Source: an uncultured virus (IMG/VR IMGVR_UViG_3300030049_000016)
Taxonomy: Duplodnaviria > Heunggongvirae > Uroviricota > Caudoviricetes
IMG/VR virus record: IMGVR_UViG_3300030049_000016
Reading direction: 5' to 3' (one strand)
DNA length: 64,000 nucleotides
The notes under the pieces were generated by a model. It searched no databases and had not been told where the DNA came from. It saw only the letters and a program-made list of their open reading frames with translations. Each line of letters begins with the position of its first letter. The stretch's first letter is position 1. Of this stretch, positions 19,977 to 30,743 are shown piece after piece. The position numbers and the translations under genes are program-made.

Positions 19977-20573
19977 TTGACAACGATCGGAGTATTCGTT
20001 TCTAGAGATGGTAATACTATTGCAGTTGATAAAAAAATATCAGTAGGAAGCTATACTACATTTGAACTATCTAAATATACTGAAATATATGATCAAAAGA
20101 TGAACAAGTTAGTTCTTATCTGTATTGGTACTATGGTTGTATCTGAAATAATTATTAATGAAATAAAAGAAATCATAAATAATAATGAAATACTTATTGA
20201 AGATATAAATATTTTAAAGTTAAATATTCTAAATGATATTTTGAAATCAATAAATAAAATAATAAATGATATAGATAGTATAACTTATTCAGATAATGGA
20301 TTGGTATTATTAGTATCTAGGGATTCTGTACTTTTAATATGTAAAAATAAAGATAAAAAAGCATTTGTTATAGAACCATCGAGTTCGTTATTTCAAAATA
20401 ACTATATTGCAACATTTGGTTCAGGTTGTACATTATTAAAAATGGCATCAGACTTTCTCGATGAGTATGACACGGTTAAAAAAGGAAGTAAAGAATATTT
20501 TACTAAAGCTTTTGTAAAAGTAGCTATATATGATAAAGCAACCTCTTCTAATATTGATTATATTACATTCTGA
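19977..20573 (+). CDS. HslV/proteasome-beta-like Ntn protease
   Basis: N-terminal (M)TTIG...IAVD and later FGSG and D..TS motifs. Confidence 0.7.
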   Translation: MTTIGVFVSRDGNTIAVDKKISVGSYTTFELSKYTEIYDQKMNKLVLICIGTMVVSEIIINEIKEIINNNEILIEDINILKLNILNDILKSINKIINDIDSITYSDNGLVLLVSRDSVLLICKNKDKKAFVIEPSSSLFQNNYIATFGSGCTLLKMASDFLDEYDTVKKGSKEYFTKAFVKVAIYDKATSSNIDYITF

Positions 20574-20580
20574 CACGACT

Positions 20581-20606
20581 CGGTGAGTGGATAATTCCAC
20601 TCACCG
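20581..20606 (+). terminator. Hairpin followed by T-tract
   Basis: cggtgagtgga-taat-tccactcaccg. Confidence 0.7.
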
Positions 20607-20664
20607 CAGTTATATTTTTTATCAAAAAACTATTTTATGATTTACGCATAATTAAGAGGGCATA

Positions 20665-21324
20665 ATGACAAATAGAAAAGCAGCACAAGACTGGTTTTTT
20701 AATTTATTGAAAAGTGTCGATGATACTGATGTGAATGTTAAATTTTATGAAAAGAAGTTTGGTAACATGGATGATAAAATGTTTGATAAATATATGAAAG
20801 ATTTACAAGACGGAAAAACAAAACTATATTTCTATACCCCACCTAAAGTCGTTAATATAAATACTGCCAAAGTTATTGCTGCCGCCGAAAAAATAGGTCT
20901 CAAATTATTTGAAAGATTGTTATTGTGGGATCATGTCACTAAAAGATATATCCTTACTCCTCAAGAATATCTTGTTGTTGATTTACCAGTTAGACCACAG
21001 AAACAATATCTCGATGATAAGATCTCATTACCGGAAGGTGATACTAAAATATCAACAACATCTGGACAGGTTATGAAGCCTGATAAAGGATCTTCTATCG
21101 CAATCGTTGAATTACAAACTATATTGTCAAAAGGTTTAAAGAGTTCTGCATACGAATTGATGAGAGTTCGTGGTGGTGATATCTATGCTTATGCTAATCT
21201 TAAAAGTCAATTAGAAGAAACTGGTAGTGCTACATTGGATTCTATTCCTGATGATTCTAGAGCTAGAAGTAATGAAATTCTAAAAGCATACTTTACTGGT
21301 ATGCACCTTGGGACCAATCTATAA
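20665..21324 (+). CDS. Virion RNA polymerase beta subunit C-terminal part (gp149-like)
   Basis: RPQKQYLDDKIS, SGQ...KGSSI..VELQ, RGGD, MHLGTNL. Confidence 0.85.
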   Translation: MTNRKAAQDWFFNLLKSVDDTDVNVKFYEKKFGNMDDKMFDKYMKDLQDGKTKLYFYTPPKVVNINTAKVIAAAEKIGLKLFERLLLWDHVTKRYILTPQEYLVVDLPVRPQKQYLDDKISLPEGDTKISTTSGQVMKPDKGSSIAIVELQTILSKGLKSSAYELMRVRGGDIYAYANLKSQLEETGSATLDSIPDDSRARSNEILKAYFTGMHLGTNL

Positions 21325-22706
21325 TGGCTAGTACATCAGCTGATCTGAGTGTTATAAGTAATGCTTTGGCTGCTACTGCAAAAGCAGAAAGTGCTGTTGC
21401 TCAACTAACAGGATCTACAGCATTAAGTGCTTCTGCATCCGATTTAATGTCTATTGCTAAAACAACAAAAGCTATTGCAAATACGACGAATACAGTATTG
21501 GCTACCCTGAAGACGACAACGAGCGATCCTTTATCTGGCGGTTATACACAATCAAAAGCTTATTCTGGTTCATTTGTTACTAAGAAAACTTCATCAAATA
21601 CTGGACTAGTTGATTTTGCTATTGGGGCTGCTGCTGTAGCCCAAATAACATCGAGATTGACAAGTTCTCAAATAGGTAGTGTTTCTAGTATATCATCTTC
21701 TATGTCAAGTATGCTTTCTACTCAATCTGGATATTTGAGTTCATTGGCCTCAACTATTACTACAGATGCTAAACTTGCTACTTCTTTAGCTAACATAGCT
21801 AGTGGAGTTGCATCACAATTAAAGATGTTTAAACAATCTGGATTAGTAGCTCTTGGTGCTACCGCTGCCGTATTAGGGACTGGATATATTGCGAGTTCAT
21901 TATCTTTATCTACAGCATCTATATCGTCTAGTAGTTTTACTTCATTTTTAAAACAGGCAACGGCAGTATTTTCTTCCGTTGCTAATGCAACTGTTGCTAT
22001 AGAAAAATGCTATCAAACATTAACATCATCTTGTACAGATAGTTCTGGTAAATGCATAAGCGGTGTACCAAGAACAGCATCTTCATCAACATACTCTTCG
22101 TTAACAACTATAACTCAAAAAGTATCAGTCTCTGCTAGTACGGCAACTATACCAACAACAACCGATTATAGTACGACACAAAATACCTTTAATACTACAT
22201 TAACATTAAATATAGAAAATGGATTTACAACATTGGTAGAACCTATGTTAACTGATAGTTCGTTTAATAGTACATCTATTAACGTCGTAAAATCATTATT
22301 GATGTCGGTATGTAAAAGAGGCGATGTCTATATGGCATATATTCTTATAAATGCAATAGGTGGTAAAAATGTCACTAATCCGGTTGCCATGATAAATTAT
22401 ATTCTTAAAAATGAACATATTACATCATCTGAAGATCCTACATCAAGCTCAACTTCTACAGATAGTAATATTAATACATATACAGCAGATGAATATACTA
22501 CATATATAAATGAAATAATGACATTAACAAACGTATCACAATCACAATTATATAATTCAAAATCAAATTCTAGTTTATATAACTATAAAACGGTTGAAGC
22601 ATCATCATCTTCGACAGTAACGAATTCTTTATTGACATCAGAGGTTGTTAAATTGGTATCTGCTGCAAGTTCAACAAACTCGTCTTCTAATGCAATAACA
22701 GCATGA
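21324..22706 (+). CDS. Ser/Thr/Ala-rich putative virion protein
   Basis: 460 aa low-complexity ORF coupled (TAATG) to the RNAP gene. Confidence 0.6.
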   Translation: MASTSADLSVISNALAATAKAESAVAQLTGSTALSASASDLMSIAKTTKAIANTTNTVLATLKTTTSDPLSGGYTQSKAYSGSFVTKKTSSNTGLVDFAIGAAAVAQITSRLTSSQIGSVSSISSSMSSMLSTQSGYLSSLASTITTDAKLATSLANIASGVASQLKMFKQSGLVALGATAAVLGTGYIASSLSLSTASISSSSFTSFLKQATAVFSSVANATVAIEKCYQTLTSSCTDSSGKCISGVPRTASSSTYSSLTTITQKVSVSASTATIPTTTDYSTTQNTFNTTLTLNIENGFTTLVEPMLTDSSFNSTSINVVKSLLMSVCKRGDVYMAYILINAIGGKNVTNPVAMINYILKNEHITSSEDPTSSSTSTDSNINTYTADEYTTYINEIMTLTNVSQSQLYNSKSNSSLYNYKTVEASSSSTVTNSLLTSEVVKLVSAASSTNSSSNAITA

Positions 22707-22718
22707 GACAGTATATCT

Positions 22719-22752
22719 TACTAGAGTGATGGCATATGCCATCACTCTAGTA
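22719..22752. terminator. Palindromic hairpin
   Basis: tactagagtgatggcatatgccatcactctagta. Confidence 0.75.
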
Positions 22753-22789
22753 GTATACATTATACATAAAGTGTATTTCGATATGGTTT

Positions 22790-22802
22790 AGATATATATT
22801 AC
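22790..22802 (+). promoter_or_regulatory. Early promoter motif
   Basis: AGATATATATTAC; 20 nt identical to 372-391. Confidence 0.75.
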
Positions 22803-22857
22803 TATTTTGAGAAGACAATATATTTATTGTTGTCTTGTATGTAATTCGGAGGCTATC

Positions 22858-23028
22858 ATGTCTGACTTGACTATCTCCAGAACGGTCGGTTGGGTTGCGA
22901 CCATTACGCTCATTTGCATTGGAGCCCATACCATCTGGTCTCGGTATTCCGAACTTGTCGAAAAAGAGAATCGACTCAAAAGCCTCGACGAAGATGTCGT
23001 CGAACAGATGTTCAAAAATCGCACGTAA
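22858..23028 (+). CDS. Small early membrane protein (56 aa)
   Basis: GGAGG SD, N-terminal TM helix, downstream hairpin at about 23026-23056. Confidence 0.65.
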   Translation: MSDLTISRTVGWVATITLICIGAHTIWSRYSELVEKENRLKSLDEDVVEQMFKNRT

Positions 23029-23144
23029 GTGGGGGGAGCAATCTCCCCACCTACTTTTATTTTTTGTTTTATCCATCGATTGTATAAATATATATTATTA
23101 AAATGACAAGGGAAGTTTTTCTTTTCGGATAGGGGCTGTCTATA

Positions 23145-24338
23145 ATGGGGTCTGATAGAGATTCTATTATTGAAGATATGAATGTTATTGAACTATTATC
23201 TGCACATGGATATTTTGATGAGAATAGTCCTGAAGTAATACGCGAAACTAGAAATGGATATTTTTCTCTTGACAGTTATACGAACGGTCATACAAGAGGA
23301 ATTTGTAAGGAGCAATATATTACAAATAATACTAATGAACCACTATATGTTATTGATCATAATAATAACAAGTATGAGATCCTTCCATCGAAATCTTCTG
23401 GTGTAGATTATCGTGGATCACTAGATGGTAGATTATCTATATTCTTTTGTCAAAAAGATTCTGATGAATCAAATAGAGAGACTAATAATAAGTTCGATTT
23501 TGAACAGATAGCTATTGAGAAACTACGAATTAAACCATACTACTGCAATAGATTAAATCTATTATTTACAACTGGTGATTTTGTAGAACATGTCAAACAT
23601 CCTTTTTCAAAAGATGCATATCAAGATACAATAAAAAGACACCATGCAATGATATTATCAAATATTGTAGATGAAAGTTCTATCAGGATATTTGCATATG
23701 ATCCAAAGTGTCGTATAAAGAATTTATATATTGAAATGGGATCTAATATTGTAACTGTTCCAGTTTTGCATACGCAAAGTGGAACCGATGCATATGTTGT
23801 TATTCAATATCTACAAGAAAATAAAACATATGACACACATACATGTTCATTAGAAAAAGCATTTGAAAAAGCAGATTCTCTTATTTCAATTAATGGATTG
23901 ACATTCAGTGTTTGTAAGAGTATATTATCTCATCACTTAGAATTTAAACGTAAAAGAATGACTCCTAACATAGATGAAAAAGTCATCAATGATGGAGATT
24001 TTATTCAGACAAAATACATCGATAGATATGTTAATAAAATTATTGATGAAAAAGATACAGAAATAAATATTCTAAGGAAAGAACTAGAAGATGCAAAAAT
24101 AAATTATAAGAAATTAACTGATGGTTCTTATATAGAAAAGAAATCAGAGGTTGTATTATCTCAAATTGAAATAGAGAAAATGAAAGTAACAGAATCTATT
24201 GCTAAACACGGTAGTCAACTACATACTGATAGATTAAGTTTTGGTAAAGATATTGTCGGGTTTATAGGATCTTTATTCAAAGCAATCGCAGTAATCATTC
24301 CTGCGGTTTATGGTATTTATAAATTCTTTAAAACATAA
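23145..24338 (+). CDS. gp67-position protein with coiled coil and C-terminal hydrophobic helix
   Basis: 397 aa, directly upstream of the gp68-like gene. Confidence 0.6.
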   Translation: MGSDRDSIIEDMNVIELLSAHGYFDENSPEVIRETRNGYFSLDSYTNGHTRGICKEQYITNNTNEPLYVIDHNNNKYEILPSKSSGVDYRGSLDGRLSIFFCQKDSDESNRETNNKFDFEQIAIEKLRIKPYYCNRLNLLFTTGDFVEHVKHPFSKDAYQDTIKRHHAMILSNIVDESSIRIFAYDPKCRIKNLYIEMGSNIVTVPVLHTQSGTDAYVVIQYLQENKTYDTHTCSLEKAFEKADSLISINGLTFSVCKSILSHHLEFKRKRMTPNIDEKVINDGDFIQTKYIDRYVNKIIDEKDTEINILRKELEDAKINYKKLTDGSYIEKKSEVVLSQIEIEKMKVTESIAKHGSQLHTDRLSFGKDIVGFIGSLFKAIAVIIPAVYGIYKFFKT

Positions 24339-24376
24339 TATTAATAACCAAACGATCACAATAGGGGACGTGAGTT

Positions 24377-25924
24377 ATGGTTGATACGAATGTACTAAGA
24401 AGTATTCACGAAAATACCCCTAAGTATAATAGACATACTCTTATTGATTATATGAAAAATGAATTAGATCGCGCTCCTGAGTTTGTTGGTGCTATTTTAA
24501 ATGAAGGCGTTAAAATGTTTAATGGTGTTATTACATATGTCGGTCATAGAGTTCTTCCCCCTGAAGATAGAGCTAATTTTGAATTAGCTGTTTATAAAGG
24601 ATGTTCTGTTCATACATCAGAACTCATTTTAACTGAATATATTTTCGAATATGATGGTAAGAAATTTCAGTCCCACTTCTATCTTCCTTATCTTAGAAAT
24701 AATGTTATCACGATTATGGATACTATGCATGTTGTTCAAAAACCTATTACAGAACAAGTGTTTAGTAAAACCGCTACTGGTGTTACTGTAAAGACTATTC
24801 GTCAACCTATTCCATTTCATCGAAACAGCACCTTTGATGTACGATCAATATGTGGTCGTTATGCTTCAGTCGACTATATCACAACACTGAAGATACATCA
24901 AAATCCTACAAGAAGTAAAGAAAAGAAAAAAACTTATGCGACTTGTTTACACTATCTTTTATGTAAATATGGTATCGTTGAAACATTGAATAGATTTGGT
25001 CTTACTTCTGAAGATATTAGTATTGTCGAAAGAGTCAATAATGATGAAGATATATATTACTATTTTGAAGCAAAGCAGCATATTAAGAAAATTCCTATGA
25101 ATTTATATTTAAAGGTTAAACAACATGTTCTCTTATCTAATAAAACAAATCTAAAGATCGTTGCTAATCTTTTATATATTTTAACCCCATTTACTAAATA
25201 CAAAGTTGAAGATATTTATGATCCTGAAAAAACTGCATTTAGAATCATGTTAGGTAAGATTATTCATGGTGATACTATTACCGAAGCGTCTAGTAAAAAT
25301 AGGATTGATAATCATATTCGTAGTGTTGATAATGCATTAGATCTTATTACTATGTATCGATTGAATGCATATGGCTATAATGTTAAAGATATCTATGATT
25401 TTCTACAAGCAGTATTTTCAAATATAGATACAATTATTTTAGAATCTAGTTATACTGATCTTTTCAAGATGAGAATCAATATCGTTGAAACAATATTAGT
25501 AGATACTATTTGTAAGAGTGTTTTTGGTCGTTGGTATTATGAAGAAACAAATCCTAGTCGGTTGAATGAACAAGAAGTTAAACGTATTTTAAAGTTCGAT
25601 CCTATGCTTATTCGTAATCTTAGTTCGAATCGTATTGTTCAAAAGAGTCCTCAGATTTATGGCGACAACCAGCTTATTCCCTGTTTATGTCAAAAGACGA
25701 GACAATCGAGTATTTCACAATCTGGTAAAGTTTTGAAATCTGCTGATCATAGATTTAACCCATCTGCTGCCGCTGTTGAAACAATTTATGTATTTAATAA
25801 AAGTAATCCTGGTGCTGGTGGTATCATAAATCCATACTTAGAAATAGATAATAATGGTACTATCATTAAACCTGCATATTCTGCTGAACTTGACAGTATG
25901 AAGAAATTTATTCCTAATAACTAA
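24377..25924 (+). CDS. Non-virion RNA polymerase specificity subunit (gp68-like)
   Basis: 515 aa; N-terminal TPKYN, HYLLCKYG...T, C-terminal HRFNPS..AVE..INPY match the recalled gp68 family. Confidence 0.7.
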   Translation: MVDTNVLRSIHENTPKYNRHTLIDYMKNELDRAPEFVGAILNEGVKMFNGVITYVGHRVLPPEDRANFELAVYKGCSVHTSELILTEYIFEYDGKKFQSHFYLPYLRNNVITIMDTMHVVQKPITEQVFSKTATGVTVKTIRQPIPFHRNSTFDVRSICGRYASVDYITTLKIHQNPTRSKEKKKTYATCLHYLLCKYGIVETLNRFGLTSEDISIVERVNNDEDIYYYFEAKQHIKKIPMNLYLKVKQHVLLSNKTNLKIVANLLYILTPFTKYKVEDIYDPEKTAFRIMLGKIIHGDTITEASSKNRIDNHIRSVDNALDLITMYRLNAYGYNVKDIYDFLQAVFSNIDTIILESSYTDLFKMRINIVETILVDTICKSVFGRWYYEETNPSRLNEQEVKRILKFDPMLIRNLSSNRIVQKSPQIYGDNQLIPCLCQKTRQSSISQSGKVLKSADHRFNPSAAAVETIYVFNKSNPGAGGIINPYLEIDNNGTIIKPAYSAELDSMKKFIPNN

Positions 25925-25957
25925 AATAACAATCAGTCAAAACAAGGGGACATTCTG

Positions 25958-27592
25958 ATGGTTAGTTTCGGTAATGGCGGTGGCTTTGGTCAAAATAATA
26001 ATAATAATAATAATAACAATATGAATAATGTGATCAATGCTTCTATTAATCTTTGTCAAGATATATTAGAAAATAAAATGAATTATGAAAATAACGAAGA
26101 ACGTATTGTTGCTAAAACTATCTATAATAGCATTTCTGCCAATACTATTGAGCGTACTAAGATCGGTAATGTATTTAAGAATTTTATTATCAATTGTGCT
26201 AATAATAATACTAGCGGTGTAACCAAGGATGATGTTATCAATTGGTGTAAGAAATTCATCACTGATAACTGGACTGCAATCGGCCGTGCTGTTATGGAAA
26301 AATCCAATAGTAATAATAGTTTTGGTGGTGGTGGTAATTCCTTTGGTAATAGCGGCGGTAGTAGTTGGGGCGGAGGAAGCAATAACAGCTCTTCTTCCAA
26401 TTTCGGCGAACGCGCTTCGATGAACGATCTCATCGACGGTGTTCATTCTAGTGGCTCAAAAGATACTAATAATTCTTTTAATAGCATATTCAATGACGAT
26501 GACAAAGCTATTAAGAAACAGATTATTATCGAGAATGTTAATAAGGGCGACTTTTACTCGCAGAGGGTTGTTATGACTCAAACGGAACCGAAGATCGATA
26601 TATTCTCTGGTTGTAATTTCTTCAAAGTAGAACAATATTCCAAAAACAATGATATGTTTAATGATGGTAAGACCGTACATACTTTTGTTGTTGATTATGT
26701 TCGTTCTGAGATGAGCGATCTTCAGATCTACAATGATATTCGCAAACATATCAATCCTGAAGTTGTTGATGAGCATTATGCCGTTATTGTTCGTTATAAT
26801 CAGTTGATGCATCTTGGTATCGGTACGAATAGGTTCAAGACTGTTCGTGGTGTTATTCGTGATACTATTGACAATAAAGATAATTCTGTTATTGAGGTCC
26901 TTAGTGTTATTGAAAATCTTATTCACAAAGAACATCGTATTTTTGAACGATTGATCATTGATCATGTTAACTTCTTACTGAAGAATAATCTTATTTCTTA
27001 TCGTAAGAATACTTCTATTGTCCTGAAGACTATTGATGATATTAAAGAATATTTGGAAAATCCTCCTAAGGTTCTTGCTGATAACATTAGAAGCTTCCCC
27101 ACAGCATTTAAGAATATTGTTAACCGTGCTATTCAATATGTATTTATCGAAAGCTGTGTTGTTGATATCGATGATAATAATTTCGGTGATGTTATCAAAT
27201 CTCAGGCTGTTAAGTTTGTTGATGAACATGGTCGCACCGAATATGATTATGGTACGTATATCAACGATCCTGATCGTATCAAATCGATTATGAATTCTAT
27301 GGTTGAAAACGATACTGTTCTTCGTTTACCGAAAACTATTATTTATACCAATATCATTACCGAAGATGCTCTTACTGAAATTGGAAATGATGTTCGTGTT
27401 TATGTTCAAGAGTGGAATAATCCTAAGATGAATTTTGTTAGATATACTTGCGACCTCACCATCAATGATGGTGGTCTTGATAATGTTATTTATTTTGTCA
27501 GCCCTCAGGATAGTGACAAGGTTGGTAAAGCCAATATCGGGACTACTTATAAAACTAGTAGCGAAGACAATATCTATATCGTTCTTTATTAA
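25958..27592 (+). CDS. gp69-position protein (candidate PicA/Imp1 nuclear import factor)
   Basis: Synteny after the gp68-like gene; N/G/S-rich low-complexity N-terminal third. Confidence 0.45.
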   Translation: MVSFGNGGGFGQNNNNNNNNNMNNVINASINLCQDILENKMNYENNEERIVAKTIYNSISANTIERTKIGNVFKNFIINCANNNTSGVTKDDVINWCKKFITDNWTAIGRAVMEKSNSNNSFGGGGNSFGNSGGSSWGGGSNNSSSSNFGERASMNDLIDGVHSSGSKDTNNSFNSIFNDDDKAIKKQIIIENVNKGDFYSQRVVMTQTEPKIDIFSGCNFFKVEQYSKNNDMFNDGKTVHTFVVDYVRSEMSDLQIYNDIRKHINPEVVDEHYAVIVRYNQLMHLGIGTNRFKTVRGVIRDTIDNKDNSVIEVLSVIENLIHKEHRIFERLIIDHVNFLLKNNLISYRKNTSIVLKTIDDIKEYLENPPKVLADNIRSFPTAFKNIVNRAIQYVFIESCVVDIDDNNFGDVIKSQAVKFVDEHGRTEYDYGTYINDPDRIKSIMNSMVENDTVLRLPKTIIYTNIITEDALTEIGNDVRVYVQEWNNPKMNFVRYTCDLTINDGGLDNVIYFVSPQDSDKVGKANIGTTYKTSSEDNIYIVLY

Positions 27593-27606
27593 TTTGCGAT
27601 ATGTCA

Positions 27607-27638
27607 CATAACAGGATGGCCAAGGCCATCCTGTTATG
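27607..27638. terminator. Bidirectional hairpin between convergent genes
   Basis: cataacaggatggcc-aa-ggccatcctgttatg. Confidence 0.8.
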
Positions 27639-27652
27639 GACTTTATATTTTT

Positions 27653-28483
27653 TTAAACCAATAAGACTCTACCTGAAACAAGATTAAATGATTTAATAAT
27701 ATTTTTTGTTGAAGATGACATATCATCACCACACCAAGTAATTGTATTATTTAACTGAGTATACATTGACTCTGTATAAGTAAGAGAAGCATTACCGTAT
27801 GTAGTTACACTAACACTCTGGTCAACACCGGAGAATAAACCAAGCTCTGAAACAGACGCAGCATAAGCCAAATCACCATAAATAGCAGTAATATATTCCA
27901 ATAACTCATTATCATTAATCGTCAATGTCATAGTCGTCTGTGCATTAACTTCTGTTGTTGTAGAAGCATTACCAGATGAAGTAGGAACAGTTCTCGTAGG
28001 TGTAAGATTACTATAATCAATAACATAAGGATTCTGAAGACCAGTGGTAGCATCTGTTTCAACAAGAGAAATACCCCCAGACATAGTTGCTGTCTTTAAC
28101 CAGTATGCATAGTAATTAGAAGAACCAACTTGAACTAAAGATCTAATTCTATAATTAGACATTTCCGCAGCGGTAAGATCAGACTCAGTAGGAACAAATC
28201 TAAAAGGAATTGGAATAGAAAGACCCATATCTGATGGAAGAGGCTGATACGGTCTACGAATATTTGTAGAATCTGCATTATAACATCCATTAATACCAAC
28301 ACCAAAATACTGAAGACCAGGAATAGTAGCAGGAATAGCAGCAGGGAAAATATTATAAAGGTTATTTAATGTTGTACCAGTATCATAATCGAGTCCTGAT
28401 CCCGTAGTACAGGCCAATTCTCGTTTAGCACCAAGAACAGTTGTAACACTATAACGAACAGCATTGGGAGTCGTTGATGTCAT
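27653..28483 (-). CDS. Virion structural protein (gp127-like)
   Basis: TLN, YFGVGING, IPF...DL...Y.....YYAYWLK motifs and position near the portal gene. Confidence 0.65.
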   Translation of the reverse strand: MTSTTPNAVRYSVTTVLGAKRELACTTGSGLDYDTGTTLNNLYNIFPAAIPATIPGLQYFGVGINGCYNADSTNIRRPYQPLPSDMGLSIPIPFRFVPTESDLTAAEMSNYRIRSLVQVGSSNYYAYWLKTATMSGGISLVETDATTGLQNPYVIDYSNLTPTRTVPTSSGNASTTTEVNAQTTMTLTINDNELLEYITAIYGDLAYAASVSELGLFSGVDQSVSVTTYGNASLTYTESMYTQLNNTITWCGDDMSSSTKNIIKSFNLVSGRVLLV

Positions 28484-28486
28484 TTT

Positions 28487-30671
28487 CTAAAATGTTCCTT
28501 CTTTGTCAATGAAAACAATACGCATCCCCATTGATACATATTGTGTTGTTTCTGTTGTTTGAGTACTTTCCAAAACATTTACTGTACAAATAGTATTTAA
28601 AGAAGAGTTTGTAGAATGTTCTTCGGTTAGTTTCATTGTTGATATGTTTTTTAATGTTATAGAATCCTCATAAGATGGAAACTCTATGATATTAACGTTA
28701 CATTCACTTAAAGAATCACTATCTTTATGAATTTCTTCAGTTTGTATAATATCATAAATATTGTTATTTAATTCATAGGATGCTGTAGATTTTGTAGATT
28801 CGTCTGTATTTACAATAGACATAAATAGCCAATCTATTTCTTCATCATTATTATCTAAGAACTGAACATTATAGCTACAGAATTTGATAAATATATTTTT
28901 TAATGCAGCATATAAATCTGTATCATAAATCAAAGGATTTGCGTTAGATCCTAAGAGTGAAGATTCGGATATTGGTAATGCTGCTGATAGTAAGGAATTT
29001 ATAAATCTGGCATACGAATCTTGTAGTGTAGTTGTGTTTAATTCTATCGAATTAATGATATCATCTAAATTAGCGATAGATGCTAGATATGAACTATAAT
29101 TCTCATATGTCGTAAGATCGAGTGACAAAATCTCATTAACCAAAACATTAGAATATATATATTTCTGTTTTATCTGTAACATAATCACTATTATTTCTAG
29201 AAGTTCTAATATCATCTAACATTGTAGAAAATATAGTATTCATTGAATTTGCAAATGTTGCCGGATCTTGTGTTGTTGTATACTTTATATTTTCACAATT
29301 AGAAACATCATAAAAGTTTTTAATGATATATGTTATTCCATTTAAATCATACGTAGTTGGTAATGTACCAATATCTGATGTATATGCTGTATCGCATGAA
29401 TAATATTTTGGAATATCTATTGGTGTTAATCCTATTAATCTAGACATACAGTAATGTATAAGAAGAATGATATCGTTTTGATTACATTCTATTGTTATTC
29501 CAGTCGTTGTTTCTGTAATAGCAACGCTAGCAAATTTATATATACCGTTTGAGATAGCATATATTAAAGTATCCATTGTAAATCTAGCAACCAAATATTG
29601 ATACTTAGTATCCTGATTAACTTTTTCTAAAATAAGAAGTTTTGTAGGATATTCATTTACTGTAGTCAATGCTAATTCTTTTGTTATCTTGGTGTTATTA
29701 TCTGAACTATCATCTATTTCAGTTTTTGCAGTATACAAAATATCTGTCATCTCAGTAATAGTCTTTGGTTCAATTTGTGTTATATTTGCAGAAAAATTAG
29801 TTGGAATAATAGTAGATGTAACCATAGGTGTCCACAATAAGCTATCGGATACTTGTTGATTGATATTAAAACCAACACAACCTATATTCAAAGCAGCCAA
29901 TAAGTTATCAATAAGTAGAATAAGATTAGATTGTTTTCCTGCATTTCTATTTAAATAATCCATATTTAAATATAAGAATAGTTCCTGTTTTCTCGATAAC
30001 AAATTACTATAATCAGGAATATTATTCGATAATAATTCTGACCAAATATGATAACTATGAGCTCTTTCAGTATTTAAATTCTGATATCGCACTGCGTGTA
30101 TTCTTGTAAACAAATTCTGCCACAATAAACCCCAAAAAGAAATGTCATAATACGGTTCATATCTAAAGAATTTAAAATACCATTTATTAACTGCATAATC
30201 TATCAGAGATTTCAAACTAATTATAATACTATCTAATTCTGTTGTTTCTAAAAAGTTTAATGCATCATAATTTAAAATAGTAAAATCTGGAGCAGTTATT
30301 GCAGTAGAGATATCTACAGGATAAACGATACCTTGAATAACATCTAATTGTTCTGGATATGTTTCGCATAAATTTATAAAATATGTTGTTCCTGGTATAT
30401 ATCTTTCTTTTGTTACTGGATGATTTTTAAGGTTGTTTACTGTAAAATCTATAGTTTCTTGTGTGTCTAGAGAAATTATTTCCATAATAGTATCAGTAGA
30501 ATGATATTGACCGGATAAATTTAAATAATATTTCCAGGTAGATTCATCTGCACTTATGGTAGAAGATAACTCTATTTCTGAATTCTGTAAAGTTGCAATT
30601 GGAGTAAATTTAATGACTAGACTCTTTAAGAAATTTATAACTTGTTCATCATATTCCTGAAGCGTTATCAT
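28487..30671 (-). CDS. Virion structural/baseplate protein (gp128-like), split by a frameshift into 507 aa and about 220 aa parts
   Basis: WKYYLNLSGQYH..D..M...SLDT motif; two overlapping ORFs meeting at an (AT)5 run. Confidence 0.65.
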
Positions 30672-30743
30672 TTATGGTTCTTCTCCTTTTTACATAGAGA
30701 GATCATATCATAAGTAGTCATTTTTACAAAAGGAAATATTCTG

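Noticed and set aside
25994..26020. (AAT)n trinucleotide run as a contingency locus
   Set aside because: In-frame poly-Asn; length changes would not shift the frame
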